Of a DNA stretch of 64,000 nt, positions 45,829 through 60,100 are shown piece by piece (the stretch's first letter is position 1; every line of letters starts with the position of its first letter). The notes below the pieces were generated by a model that was not told the origin of the DNA, did not search any database, and worked only from the letters and a program-made list of their open reading frames with translations. This stretch comes from Malacoraja senta (taxonomy: Eukaryota), in the NCBI GenBank assembly GCA_038087875.1, contig JAXLNO010000385.1, forward strand, positions 1,240,001-1,304,000, given 5' to 3'. Position numbers and translations under genes: made by a program.

Positions 45829-48505
45829 TAGTGGGACCTAAAATGAATTCGTTGAACTTTTTGCAGGCGAACACAACCACAAACAGCTCTTTTTCGATTT
45901 GGGCGTATCGTTGTTCTGTGTCAGACATGGTTCGCGAGGCCTAGGCGACAGGTTTATTGCCATGGCCATCATTCTGAAGGCATGCAGCGCGCAGACCGTG
46001 TTGTGAGGCGTCACATATAAGTGTAATAGGCAGTCTAGGATCAAAGTGCGCTAGCGTAGGGGTGGCCGACATCTGCCGTTTAAGTGTGTCAAATGCTGTC
46101 TGTTATTGCTCATGCCAGGTCTAAGCAGAGACTCTGTGTGTGAGATGGCGTAATGGGGCTGATATTTCGCTGAAATCTGGAATGAATTTGCTCAAATAGC
46201 CATGCCAAGGAACCTCTGTAAACTGAGCACATCTGTGGGTGCTGGAAGATCATTAATAGCACTGGCTTTCGCTGGATCCGTTTTTAGGCCGTCTTTGGTA
46301 AATATATGGCCTCATTCACTCTGAATTTGCATTTTTTTAGGATTTAGCTTGAGATGGATGGCCTCTGCACGCCTCAATACTTTTGTCAGCTTGGCATCGT
46401 GCTCCTTGACCGTTTTCCCAGCAATGAGGATATCGTCCACTTAGATGGAGCATGGGTATCCTGCAATCAATTATTCCATGGATTGTTGAAATACTTCACT
46501 TATACCAGAAGGCATACTCAGAAATGTATGATGTCCGAACGGAGTACTGAAACTTGTCAACTTGGAGGAGTTATGTTCCAGTGGAATCTGCCAGAATGAG
46601 CTCTTGGCATCTTGCACTGTGAATATAGTTGCTTCAGCCATCTGCGCCGCAATCTCGTCCACAGAGCACATAGGATAACGCGCGGTTTAATTTCTGTATT
46701 TAGGTCCTTGGGGTTGATACAGATCCCGTATCTCGTCTCTGTTGTTCTTAGAAGCGACAACCATTGTGGAGACCCAGTCCGAGGGGTCAGTTACGGGAGT
46801 AATCACACCCAGAGTCACCATTCTGTTAAGTTCACTTTGAACGCGATCCCGCATAGCGTGCGGAATCTTGTGAGCCGGACGAACAACTGGAATTGCCTCA
46901 GGGTCAATAGTAATCGTGTATATAACAGGCAACTTGCCCAGCTTATCATTACACAAATCCTTGTATTGTGTTAGAATTTGATGTGTAAAATCATAGTCTG
47001 TAGACAGTGGACAGACAGAAGGGCCGAAAGAAACCAAACCCATGTCTAGGCATGCATCGGCACCCAGTATGGATGGTACCTTCTCGCGTACCACGTAGAA
47101 ATCCAGGATGTGGTCACGTGAGTTGAGACAGCAACGTAACTCTACTTGGCCGATAGGGTGTAGTCGAGAACCATCAAACGAGACAAGTGATGCAGTTGTA
47201 TGAGTTAAAGTTTCTGTGTTTTTCAGCATCTGGAAGACAGCCCAAGAGATTACATTGCAGCGCGCCCCCGTCGACCTTGAAATAAAGGGTTCTGCCATTA
47301 ATAAGCAATGCAACCTTGGGATCTAGAGGGTTGTGCACTGAATTAGACAAAGCATTTACATCAATCTCTGCACTATCGCCATCTGTTTGTACATCCATGG
47401 GAACTAGGTGTGCGAACTCGGAGCTTGAATATTCATTATGGTTTGGCGAGTTGACAGTCTGTCTAATTTGAAATCTGTTACTGCGTGAACGACAGCATTT
47501 AACGAAATTGTATATTTTATTGCAGAATCGACAGTTTTCCATACGCAGGGCACCGGTCGCGAATTGCAATATGTGAACCCCCACAGTTAAAACAATTAGC
47601 GATCAATCTTAGGTTATTAGCTGGCCCCTGTGACGAGCGAGCAGGAGTTTGATAAGACAAGCTGGCCGCATTAACTTCACGAGCAGCAGAGTGTCCAAGA
47701 GATTGAATGTGAGCATCAGTCAGTTCAGCTATGCGACAGCGGTTTTCAACAGCCGCTAAAGTCAGGTCAACGTCCTGCAGTAATTCATCGCGTAATTCAT
47801 CATTCAATATGCCAAGGATTAAGCGGTCCCGTACAAGACTATATTGAATCTCTCTGAAATCGCATCGACTAGCGACATGCTTCAGCGCATTAACATGTAG
47901 TTTCAACAGGTTCTCCTTGTTTTTGACACATTGAAAAAAATTATGGCGTTCCATGCTTACATTAATTTGTAACTCACATAATTGTCAGAATTTACGTAGG
48001 AGACATTCAGGATCACGGCGAGACTCCACAGCAATTTGATCACCGTTAGCCAGTGCATGGTGAAATCTTCTGACACGACCATCAGCCTCAGTGCCTGCCA
48101 AATTGAGAAGAATTAATGCACGAAGAGCAGGATCAGCAGCAGGAAATGCAGCCAACGTAGATTGAAAAATCCTCTTCAAACACACGATCTGCATCGAACA
48201 CCAAGATCCCTGGCTTCCTGAGAGCAGAAGCCATTATCCACAGTAGAAAAATAACAAACCAAGATAAAAACAATAGAATCAATTGAGGATTAAGTCCGTA
48301 CACTCTGACACCATGTCGATTGATGTCCTTATAATAAGAGTAGCCTCACACCATGATAAGGATTCAAAGGATAAGTACATAGCAACCACAATCTCTCTCT
48401 TGCGCGTTCCACTTATACTAGAGGAATGCAGCAAGGCCGCGATAACTGAAAAGCTATTGGGCGTAACTACAGATGCATGACTCATACACGAGTCACTAAT
48501 CTACA

Positions 48506-49435
48506 GGGAGAGGGAAAGAAAGAGAGCGAGAGAGAAGGAGAGGGAGAGGGAGAGTGAGACGGACAGAGAGAGAGAGAGGGACCGGCAGAAGAGGGGAAGG
48601 GAGGAGAGAGAGAGAGGCGTAGAAGGGAGAGGGCGAGTGAGACGAGGAGGGATAGAGAGAGACGTTGAGGGAGAGAGAGAGGAAAGGGGGGGAAGAGAGA
48701 TCGAGAGGGTAAGAGAGAATAAGACGGGGAGGGAGAGAGCGAGACGGGGAGAGGAAGGAGAGAGAGAGAAAGAAAGGGGAGGGATACAGAGATGCGGGGG
48801 AGAGTGAGAGTGACGGGTAGGGGAGGTGGAGGGAGACGGGGGAGGGGAGGGAGAGAGCGAGAGGCGGGAGAGAAGGAGAGAGGGAGAGCGAGAGAGACGG
48901 GGAGATGGAGAGTGAGAGTGACGGGTAGGGAGAGAGAATGAGACGGAGGGAGAGAGAGAGAGGCGGGGAGGGGAGGGAGAGAGGGAGAGAGACGTGGAGG
49001 GAGAGAGAGACGGGGAGGGAGAGAGAGATGTGGAGGTGAGGGAGGAAGAGGTGTGGGAGAGAGCGGGGCAGGGAAGGGACGGGAGAGAGCGACGGGTAGG
49101 GTATGAGAAAGAGATGGGGAGGGAGGGGGGAGAGCGAGAGATGGAGAGAGAGAGTGTGAGAGAGAGAGCGAGAGACGGGGAGGGGAGGGAGAGAGAGACT
49201 GGGAGGAGTTAAAAATGACGTTAAAAGTCATTTGGCCAGATACATTTGGCCAGACATTTTGACAGGTACACGGATAGGACAGGTTTAAAGGTATAATTAC
49301 AGGTGCCCTCCCCTAATTCTCTCATTTACAGGTGCCCTCCCTTAAATCCAAGTGGTAGTTTGCTGCCTCACAGCGCCAGATACCCGATGGGGAGATAGAT
49401 GGGGAGAGATGTGGTAAAGAGGGGAGAGAGAGAGA

Positions 49436-49498
<63 letters not shown>

Positions 49499-49727
49499 GG
49501 GATGGAGAGAGAGAGGATGGGTAGGGGAGGAGAGAGTGGAAGGCGTGGGAGAGAGAGCGAGACGGGGAGTGGAGAGAGTGAGAGTTGGGGTCTCGTCTGA
49601 AGAACGGCCTCCGTCACCCTCTCGACCTCCCCATCACTCTCCCCTCGCCCTCTTCCCCCTCCCCGTCCTCCCTCCCTCTCCCCGTCTCTCACTCACTCTC
49701 CCCGTCCTTCCCTCCCTCCGTCCCACT

Positions 49728-49778
<51 letters not shown>

Positions 49779-50060
49779 CCGCTGTCTCTCCCCATCTCTC
49801 TCTCCCTCTCCCCGTTTCTCTCTCTCGCTCTACCCGCGTCTCCCCAGTCACGCCCTCGCCCTCCCCTTCTCTCTCGCTCTCCCCATCCCAATCTGTCTCT
49901 TTCTCCCTCTTCCAGTCTCTCTCTCCCCGTCTATCTGCTTCCCCCTCCCTCTCTTCTCTCCTTCCACCCCTCGGATCCATCTCTCTCGTCTCTCCTTCCC
50001 TCTCTCTTCGACCATCTCCCCGTATCTCCCTCTCCCCCCGAGACCCTCCCCACAGTCGGT
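48506..50060. repeat. Polypurine/polypyrimidine low-complexity blocks (GA-rich 48506-49210 and 49390-49585; CT-rich 49610-50050)
   Basis: Direct reading of the sequence. Mirrored at about 55300-57174. Confidence 0.9.
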
Positions 50061-50073
50061 GACCCCTCTCACA

Positions 50074-51391
50074 TGCTACAATCAACAAAACCAAAGAGCT
50101 GCATTTGGGAATTTTTTTATACGGGACTGGGACTGAGAGAGAGAAAAGCTGCGGTCAGTTTTAACAAGGGATGTCACAATCAGTGGGTCCCAAGATGGCC
50201 GCGGGACCTCGTGACCAGCCACAAAGCGAAACCCCACAGCCCAGTCTCTGGGTTTCTGCAAAGTCACGGCCTGAACAATAGATGGATATTGGCCGTGCAG
50301 AAACCCCCGAAACCAGGTCGAAGTCCAGACACTGGGGCGCTGACATCAGCAGGGATCACAATTGCCCAAGCCGACCTACATAGTTAATCTCGTTAAGGGA
50401 GCACAATAGCCCATAGAAACCTACCTGGCCGGTGATGGGAAAACCAGTTAAACCCATCACCTCTTATCGAGAAACAAATTAACAGACCGTCTAGCCATGA
50501 CCGGTACTCCCGGACATAACGCAGAACAAAGAGAGAGCTCGAACCCCATCTTTTAAGCAAAGAGATCCCGAGATCTGGCGGGAGCTAGGACGGGTCAGGA
50601 TTAGAATAACAGGCCACGATTTTGGGGTTTAAGAAGGAAAAGGAGGGAGACACAGAAGGAGTCACTGAACGAATCTGGAGACTTGCGGAGAGAGAGAGAG
50701 GACACAGGACAGCGCTTAAAAAGTACACGGTGTCCAGCGTGACACACACTCCAGCTGGAGTCCCCGCCACGTGGAAAGAAAAGGAAAGCAGTAGGACCCC
50801 TGGGCGAGGTGAACCCCCGGAACACCCGAAAGACTGAGACGACCGCCGCCGACCCTTCCACAGCCACCTAATCGGAGGAAGCAGCACGACCAGCCAGTAA
50901 CCTCAGTAATCGCCCCATGGTGAGCATGTACCCCGATCCTGCACATCCTGGACATAGTTTAGTGTAGAGGGGAGGGGGAGGTGGTTATATTAACGTGGGT
51001 GTAAGTGTAAGATGTGCTGGCAAATTTTACGATATGCCGTACGTTCATCATCCCGCACTCGAGTATTGTATCGTAGTTATTGCGTCTATGATCCCGAAAC
51101 AGGAAATGTAATTATGCATATGCCTTATAGAACTGTCAAAGTATTCATGTACCGTAGTCCCAACCGCTAAATAAAAGTTGTTTTCCTGTTTAAACCCTGG
51201 TCTTCAAATCTGGTCTGGTTGAATTTTCTGCACTATCAACGCTCCTGCAACTAAGTCCAGTGTATAGAACCGTAGGGGGTGAGTGGGTCGAGCCACTCAC
51301 GGGGAACCAGTGTGCGCGGCCTGGTCGAGGGACCAGAGCAAACAACAGGGACCTTAGGTCGGGCGAACGCTCGACGCAGAAACCCCTTACA
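50074..51391 (+). mobile_element. Putative solo LTR (~1.3 kb)
   Basis: TG...CA ends, non-coding, AATAAA near 51171, sharp borders in GA/CT DNA. No TSD, PBS or PPT seen. Confidence 0.6.
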
Positions 51392-51650
51392 AGAGGGAGA
51401 GAGAAAGTAAGAGTGACGGGGAGGCGAGGGAGAGAGAGAGGGGAGGGAGGGAGAGAGAGAGTCGGGGAGGGGGAGGGATAGAGACGGGTAGGGGAATGCA
51501 AAAGTGACGGGGTGGGTGAGAGCTGGAGATGAAGAGAGAACGAGGAGGGACATCAATGAAACAACGTTTAAGTGTCATTTGGCCAGATACATTTAGCCAG
51601 GCATTTAGGTACATGCATAGGACAGGTTTAAAGGGATAATTATAGGTGCC

Positions 51651-51850
51651 NNNNNNNNNNNNNNNNNNNNNNNNNNNNNNNNNNNNNNNNNNNNNNNNNN
51701 NNNNNNNNNNNNNNNNNNNNNNNNNNNNNNNNNNNNNNNNNNNNNNNNNNNNNNNNNNNNNNNNNNNNNNNNNNNNNNNNNNNNNNNNNNNNNNNNNNNN
51801 NNNNNNNNNNNNNNNNNNNNNNNNNNNNNNNNNNNNNNNNNNNNNNNNNN
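51651..51850. other. Assembly gap (200 N)
   Basis: Run of exactly 200 N. Confidence 1.
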
Positions 51851-52013
51851 TCCCTCCTCGTTCTCTCTTCATCTCCAGCTCTCACCCATCCCTTCGTCAC
51901 TTTTGCATTCCCCTACCCGTCTCTATCCCTCCCCCTCCCCGACTCTCTCTCTCCCTCCCTCCCCTCTCTCTCTCCCTCGCCACCCCCGTCACTCTTACTT
52001 TCTCTCTCCCTCT

Positions 52014-53339
52014 TGTAAGGGGTTTCTGCGTCGAGCTTTCAACCGACCTAAGGTCCTGTGGTTTGCTCTGGTCCCTCGACCAGGCTGCGCACACTGGTTC
52101 CCCCTGAGGGCTCGACCCACTCACCCCCTACGGTTCTAGACACTGGGCTTAGTTGCAGGAGCGTTGATAGTGCAGACAATTCAACCAGACCAGATTTGAA
52201 GACCAGGGTTTAAACAGGAAAAAAACTTTTATTTAGCGGTTGGGACTACGGTACATAAATACTTTGACACAGTTCTATAAGGCATATGCATAATTACAGT
52301 TCCTGTTTCGGGATCATAGACGCAATAACTACGATACAATACTCGAGTGCGGGATGATGAACGTACGGCACATCGTAAAATTTGCCAGCACATCTTACAC
52401 TTACACCCACGTTAATATAACCACCTCCCCCTCCCCTCTACACTAAACTATGTCCACGATGTGCAGGATCGGGGTACATGCTCGCCATGGGCGATTACTG
52501 AGGTTACTGGCTGGTCGTGCTGCTTCCTCCGATTAGGTGGCTGTGGAAGGATCGGCGGCGGTCGTCTCGGTCTTTCGGGTGGTCCCGGGTGTTCACCTCG
52601 CCCAGGGGTCCTACTGCTTTCCTTTTTAATTCCACGTGGCGGGGACTCCAGCTGGAGTGTGTCACACTAGACACCGTGTACTTTTTAAGCGCTGTCCTGT
52701 GTCCTCTCTCTCTCTCCGCAAGTCTCCAGATTCGTTCAGGGACTCCTCCTGTGTCTCCCTCCTTTTCCTTCTTAAACCCCCAAAATCGTGGCCAGTTATT
52801 CTAATCCTGACCCGTCCTATCTCCCGCCAGATCTCGGGATCTCTTTGCTTAAAATATGGGGTTCGAGCTCCCTCTTTGTTCTGCGTTATGTCCGGGAGTA
52901 CCGGTGATGGCTAGACGGTCTGTTAATTTGTTTCTCGATAAGAGGTGATGGGTTTAACTGGTTTTCCATCACCGGCCAGGTAGGTTTCTATGGGCTATTG
53001 TGCTCCCTTAACGAGATTAACTAGGTAGGTGTCGGCTTGGGCCATTGTGATCCCTGCTGATGTCAGCGCCCCAGTGTCTGGACTTCGACCTGGTTTCGGG
53101 GGGTTTCTGCACGGCCAATATCCATCTATTGTTCAGGCCCGTGACTTTGCAGAAACCCAGAGACTGGGCTGTGGGGTTTTCGCTTTGTGGCTGGTCACGA
53201 GGTCCCCGCGGCCATCTTGGGACCCACGGATTGTGACATCCTTTGTTAAAACTGACCCGCAGCTTTTCTCTCTCTCAGTCCCAGTCCCGTATAAAAAATG
53301 TTCCCAAATGCAGCTCCTTTGGTTTTGTTGATTGTAGCA
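52014..53339 (-). mobile_element. Mirror copy of the putative solo LTR
   Basis: Reverse complement of 50074-51391. Confidence 0.6.
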
Positions 53340-53447
53340 TGAGGGAAAACTTCTCAAATCTTACACTCTCCCCTCCCCGTCGCTCTCTATCCCCCTCAAC
53401 CTCTATCTCTCTCTCTCCCTCTATCTGTCTCTCTCCCTCCACGTAAT

Positions 53448-53740
53448 AATAAGGAGTAAGCCATTTAGAACAGAAACGATGAAACACTTTTTCTCACAGA
53501 GAGTGGTGAGTGTGTAATTCTCTGCCTCAGAGAGCGGGTGGAGGCAGATTCTCTGGATGCTTTCATGAGAGAGCTAGATTTGGCCTTAAAAATGGCGGTC
53601 AGGGAATATGGGAGAAGGCGGGAACGGGGGTACTGATTGGGGATGATCAGCCATGCCATGATCACATTGATGAATGGCGGTGCTGGGCTCGAAGGGCCAA
53701 TGGCTCGCAGCAGCCTACTCCTGCACCTATTGTCTATTGT
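53448..53740 (+). mobile_element. CR1 3' fragment
   Basis: AGAATAAGG-like ORF end, GATCAGCCATG, CCTACTCCTGCACCTATTGTCTATTG tail. Confidence 0.85.
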
Positions 53741-55594
53741 GTCTCTCTCTCCGTCTCTCTCTCTCTCTCTCTCTGCCTTCCCGTCTCCATCTCTCCCTCC
53801 CATCGCCGCCTCTCTCCCTCTCCTTTCTCTCTCCCTCTGCCCACCTCTCTCTTCTCCACTCCTCTCACTCTCTCTCTCTCTGTCTCGCACTGCCTGAGCA
53901 CCTCTCTCTTTTGCATCGACATGATGAACATGCAGAAGGTGTGTGGTGTTAATGGGGGTGGGAAATGAGTTGGTGGGGCCACATGTGGGGGGTCACCGAC
54001 TGTGGGGAGGGTCTCGGGGGGAGAGGGGTAGAGGGAGAGAGATGGGGAGATGGTCGAAGAGAGAGGGAAGGAGAGACGAGAGATGGATCCGAGGAATGGA
54101 AGGAGAGAAGAGAGAGAGAGGGGGAAGTAGAGAGACGTGGAGAGAGAGACTGGAAGAGGGAGAGAGAGACAGAGAGACTGGGATGGGGAGAGCGAGAGAG
54201 AAGGGGAGGGCGAGGGAGTGACGGGGGAGAGGCGGGGAGAGGTAGAGAGAGAGAGAGAGAAACGGGGAGAGGGAGAGAGAGAGAGACAGAAGGGGGAGAG
54301 AGGGAGAGACGGGGAGAGTGTGAGAGAAGAGGAGAGGGAGGGAGGACCGGGGAGGGGGAAGAGGGCGAGGGGGAGAGAGAGTGATGGGGAGGTCGAGAGG
54401 GTGACGGAGGAAGTGGAGAGGGGTGTAGATCTAACACAACATAGAAACAGGGCCCTTCGGTCAACTTGCCCAGACTGACCAACATCTGCACTTATTCCAC
54501 CCTGCCCGCGTTTGGCCCATATCACTCTAAACCTGTCATATCCCTGTACCTGTCCAGACGTTGTGATAAGCCCTGCCTCAACTACATCTTCCGGCAGCTG
54601 ATCCATACAACCCACCACCCCTCTGGTGGAAACGTTACCCCCCTCAGGTTCCAATTAAATATTTCCTCCCTTCACCTTGAATCTATATCCTCTGGATAGG
54701 GAGAGAGACGGGGCGGGGGGGATGTGAGAGTTGGAGGCACCGTGCCGGCCCGAGGCAGGTCGCGGGGAGAAAGTACAAACTCTGTACAGATCCCGCCCGT
54801 GGTCAGGATCGAACTCCGGCGCTGTGAGGATGCACAAATACCACTTGGATTTAAGGGAGGGCACCTGTAAATGCGGGAATAAGGGTGAGGGGCACCTGTA
54901 AGTATACCTTTATACATGTCCTATCCGTGTACCTGTCTAAATGTCTGGCCAAATGTATCGGGCCAAATGACAAACGTTTCTTTTGAGGTCTCCTCTCTTT
55001 CTAAACTCCAGTGGGTACAGGCCCAGTTTCCGACAAAACGCTCATCATATGATGAGCAAAAAATGTCTTAACTGGCCACGACAAAACTTGACTTAACATA
55101 GATAAACAAAATGATGGAACAACTCAACGGGACAGGCAGCATCTCTGGATGAGAAAATGGGACGTTTCGGGTCGAGACCCCTCTTCAGACGTCAGCCCAC
55201 CCTCTCTCCCTCCCCTCATCGACATGATGAACATGCAAGAAGGTGTGGTGTGTGATGGGGGTGGGAAATGAGTGGTGGGACTACATGTGGGAGGGGTCAC
55301 GCGACTGTGGGGAGGGTCTCGGGGGGAAAGGGGTAGAGGTGAGGGAGAGAGATGGGGAGATGGTCGAAGAGAGAGGGAAGGAGAGACGAGAGATGGATCC
55401 GAGGGATGGAAGGAGAGAAGAGAGAGAGAGGGGGGGAGTAGAGAGACGTGAGAGAGAGAGACTGGAAGAGGGAGCAAGAGACCGACTGGGGATGGGGGAG
55501 AGCGAGAGAGAAGGGGAGGGGCGAGAGAGAGAAACGGGGAGAGGGAGAGAGAGATGGGGGAGAGACAGCCGGAGCGAGAGAGGAGAGAGAGAGG

Positions 55595-55659
<65 letters not shown>

Positions 55660-55901
55660 GGGGGGAGGGAGGGACGGGGAGAGTGAAGTGAGAGACGGGG
55701 AGAGGGAGGGAGGGACCGGGGAGGGGGAAGAGGGCGAGGGGGAGAGTGATGGGGGAGGTCGAGAGGGTGACGGAGGCCGTTCTTCAGACGAGACCCCCAT
55801 CTCTCACTCTCTCCACTGCCCCGTCTCGCTCTCTCTCCCACGCCTTCCACTCTCTCCTCCCCTACCCATCCTCTCTCTCTCCATCCCGTCTCCTCTCTTT
55901 A

Positions 55902-55940
<39 letters not shown>

Positions 55941-55955
55941 CTCTCTCTCTCTCTC

Positions 55956-55987
<32 letters not shown>

Positions 55988-57174
55988 GTCTCGCTCGCGC
56001 TCCCTCTCTCTCTCTCTCTCCCCTCTCTCTCTCTCTCTCCCCTCTTTAGCACATCTCTCCCCATCTCCTCTCCCCATCGGGGCATCTGGCGCTGTGAGGC
56101 AAGCAACTACCACTTCTATTTAAGGGAGGGCACCTGTAAATGAGAGTTAGGGGAGGGCACTTGTAATTATACCTTTAAACCTGTCCTATCCATGTACCTG
56201 TCTAAATGTCTGGCCAAATGTATCTGGCCAAATGACTTTTAACGTCATTTTAACTCCTCCCAGTCTCTCTTCCTCCCCTCCCCGTCTCTCGCTCTCTATC
56301 TCTCACTCTCCTCTCTCCATCTCTCTCTCTGTTCCAGTCCCCCTCTCTCCCCCTCCCTCCCCATCTCTTTATCTTACCCTACCCGTCGCCTCTCTCCCGT
56401 CCCTTCCCTGCCCCCGCACTCTCCCACACCTCTTCCTCCCTCACCTCCACATCCTCTCTCTCCCTCCCCGTCTCCCTCGCCCTCCACGTCTCTCTCTCTC
56501 TCTCTCCTCTCTCTCCACGTCTCTCTCTCCCTTCCTCCGCGTCTCTCTCTTTCCCTCCCCCGTCTCTCTCTCTAACCTTCCTCTGCATGTCTCTCTCCCT
56601 TCTCTACCTGTCTCTCTCTCTATCTCTCCCTACCCGTCTCTTTCTCTCTCCGTCCCCGTCTCTCTCTCCCTCCACGCTCTCTCCCTCTCTCCCTCCCCTC
56701 CCCGCCTCTCTCTCTCTCCCTCTCCGTCTCATTCTCCTCTCCCTACCCGTCACTCACTCTTCCATCTCCCCCGTCTCTCTCTCTCGCTCTCCCCTCTCTC
56801 CTTCTCTCCCGCCTCTCGCTCTCTCCCTCCCCTCCCCATCTCCCTCCACCTCCCCCTACTCGTCACTCACTCTCCCCCGTTTCTCTGTATCCCTCCCCTT
56901 TCTTTCTCTCTCTCCCCTTCCCTCTCCCCGTCTCGCTCTCTCCCTCCCCGTCTTTTTCTCTCTTACCCTCTCGATCTCTCCCCTCCCCGTTCCTCTCTCT
57001 CCATCAGCGTCTCTCTCTATCCCTCCTCGTCGCACTCGCCCTCTCCCTTCTACGCCTCTCTCTCTCTCATCTCTCCTCCCTTCCCCTCTTCTGCCGGTCC
57101 CTCTCTCTCTCTCTGTCCCCCATCCCCTCTCCTCTCCCTCTCACTCTCTCTCTCTCTCTTTCTTTCCCTCTCCC

Positions 57175-60100
57175 TGTAGATTAGTGACTCATGTTATGAG
57201 TCATGCATCTGTAGTTACGCCCAATAGATTTTCAGTTATCGCGGCTTGCTGCATTCCTCTAGTATAAGTGGACAGCGCAAGAGAGAGATTGTGGTTGCTA
57301 TGTACTTATCCTTTGAATCATTATCATGGTGTAAGGCTACTCTTATTATAAGGACATCAATCGACATGGTGTCAGAGTGTACGGACTTACTCCTCAATTG
57401 ATTCTATTTTTTTTAAATCTTGGTTTGTTATTTTTCTACTGTGGATAATGGCTTCGGCTCTCAGGAAGCCAGGGATCTTGGTGTTCGATGCAGATCGTGT
57501 GTTTGAAGAGGATTTTTCAATCTATGTTGAGGCTGCATTTCCTGCTGCATTTCCTGCTGCTGATCCTGCTCTTCGTGCATTAATTCTTCGCAATTTGGCA
57601 GGCACTGGGGCTGCTGGTCGTGTCAGATGATTTCACCATGCACTGGCTAGAGTTGATGCTAACGGTGATCAAATTGCTGTGGAGTCTCGCCGTGATCCTG
57701 AATGTCTCCTACGTAAATTCTGACAATTATGTGAGTTACAAATTAATGTAAGCATGGAACGCCATAATTTTTTCAATGTGTCAAAAACAAGGAGAACCTG
57801 TTGAACTACACGTTAATGCGCTGAAGCATGTCGCTAGTCGATGCGATTTCAGAGAGATTCAATATAGTCTTGTACGGGACCGCTTAATCCATGGCATATT
57901 GAATGATGAATTACGCGATGAATTACTGCAGGAGGTTGACCTGACTTTAGCGGCTGTTGAAAACCTCTGACGCATAGCTGAACTGACTGATGCTCGCATT
58001 CAATCCTCTTGGACACTCTGCTGCTCGTGAAGTTAATGCGGCCAGCTTGTCTTATCAAACTCCTGCTCGCTCGTCACAGGGGCCAGCTAATAACCTAAGA
58101 TTGATCGCTAATTGTTTTAACTGTGGGGGTTCACATATTGCAATCGCGACCGGTGCCCTGCGTATGGAAAACTGTCGATTCTGCAATAAAAGAAACAATT
58201 TCGTTAAATGCTGTAGTTCACGCAGTAACAGATTTCAAATGAGACAGTCTGTCAACTCGCCAAACCATAATGAATAATCAAACTCCGAGTTCGCACACCT
58301 AGTTCCCATGGATGTACAAACAGATGGCTATAGTGCAGAGATTGATGTAAATGCTTTGTCTAATTCAGTGCACAACCGGCTAGATCCCAAGGTTGCATTG
58401 CTTATTAATTGCAGAACCCCTTTATCTCAAGGTCGACGGGGGCGCGCTGCAATGTAATCTCTTTGGCTGTCTCCCCAGATGCTAAAAAACACCAGAAACT
58501 TTAACTCATACAACTGCATCACTTGTCTCGTTTGATGGTCTCGACTACACCCTATCGGCCAAGTAGAGTTAACGTTGCTGTCTCAACTCACGTGATCACA
58601 TCCTGGATTTCTACGTGGTACGCGAGAAGGTACCATCCATACTGGATGCCGATGCATGCCTAGACATGGGTTTGGTTTCTTTCGGCCCTTCTGTCTGTCC
58701 ACTGTCTACAGACTATGATTTTACACATCAAATTCTAACACAATACAAGGATTTGTTGAATGATAAGCTGGGCAAGTTGCCTGTTAGATACACGATTACT
58801 AATGACCCTGAGGCAATTCCAGTTGTTCGTCCGACTCACAGATCCCCACAGCTATGCGGGATCGCGTTCAAAGTGAACTTAACAGAATGGTGACTCTGGG
58901 TGTTGATTACTCCCGTAACTGACCCCTCGGACTGGGTCTCCACAATGGTTGTCGCTTCTAAGAACAACAGAGACGAGATACGGATCTGTATCAACCCCAA
59001 GGACCTAAATACAGAAATTAAAACGGCGCGTTATCCTATGTGCTCTGTGGACGAGATTGCGGCGCAGATGGCTGAAGCAACTATATTCACAGTGCAAGAT
59101 GCCCAAAAGCTCATTCTGGCAGATTCCACTGGACCATAACTCCTCCAAGTTGACAACTTTCAATACTCCGTTCGGAAATCATACATTTCTGAGGAATGCC
59201 TTCTGGTATAAGTGAAGTATTTCAACAATCCATGGAACAATTGTTTGCAGGATACCCATGCTCCATCGTAGTGGACGATATCCTCATTGCTGGGAAACGG
59301 TCAAGGAGCACGATGCCAATCTGACAAAAGTATTGAGGCGTGCAGAGGCCATCCATCTCAAGCTAATCCTAAAAAAATGCAAATTCAGAGTGAATGAGTA
59401 AAATACTTAGGCCATATATTTACCAAAGACGGCCTAAAAACGGATCCAGCGAAAACCAGTGCTATTAATGATCTTCCAGCACCCACAGATGTGCTCAGTT
59501 TACAGAGGTTCCTTGGCCATGGCTATTTGAGCAAATTCATTCCAGATTTCAGCGAAATATCAGCCCCATTACGCCATCTCACACACAGAGTCTCTGCTTA
59601 GACCTGGCATGAGCAATAACAGACAGCATTTGATACACTTAAACGGCAGATGTCGGCACACCCCTACTCTAGCGTACTTTGATCATAGACTGCCTATTAC
59701 ACTTATATGTGACGCATCACAAACACGGTCTGCACGCTGCATGCCTTCAGAATGATGGCCATGGCAATAAACCTGTCCCCCTAGGCCTCGCGAACCATAT
59801 CTGACACAGAACCACGATACGCCCAAATCGAAAAAGAGCTTTGTGGTTGTGTTCGCCTGCAAAAAGTTCAACGATTTCATTTTTAGTCCCACTATCTACC
59901 TATATTTAAAACTGTGTGTGTGTGTGTGTGTGATTCTGTCTGTCTTGTGGGTGCCAGCCTTTGATTCGTTGCTGCGCCAACACCACACGCAGAAACGCCG
60001 AGATTTTTTCAATTTCTGTAGAGATTTCACTTTTTATTCCAAGTATCCACCCTGATTAAATTTCGTCGTGTTTATGTACACATTTTAAATAAAATCCTTC

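Larger units (their letters stand above)
43598..48505 (-). mobile_element. Degenerate Ty3/Gypsy LTR retrotransposon (5' LTR 48314-48505, PBS 48301-48313, partial 3' LTR 43598-43718)
   Basis: Gag with CFNCGGSH knuckle, protease FKVD-GA-CN, RT, RNase H YAQIEKE/TDHQPL/LADTLSR. Many frameshifts, and the integrase is mostly missing. Confidence 0.9.
41593..51550 (-). repeat. Left arm of the second inverted duplication (partner 51851-64000)
   Basis: The reverse complement of the window end matches at 41593, and that of 51851-51890 ends at 51550. Colinear throughout. Confidence 0.95.

Noticed and set aside
50074..53339. The two LTR-like copies as the ends of one provirus or TIR element
   Set aside because: They are inverted only because the whole region is mirrored. 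No internal coding sequence, PBS or PPT lies between them.
48482..57267. Long Ser/Leu/Pro- or Glu/Arg/Gly-rich ORFs, including those spanning the Ns
   Set aside because: Translations of GA/CT low-complexity DNA and the assembly gap.
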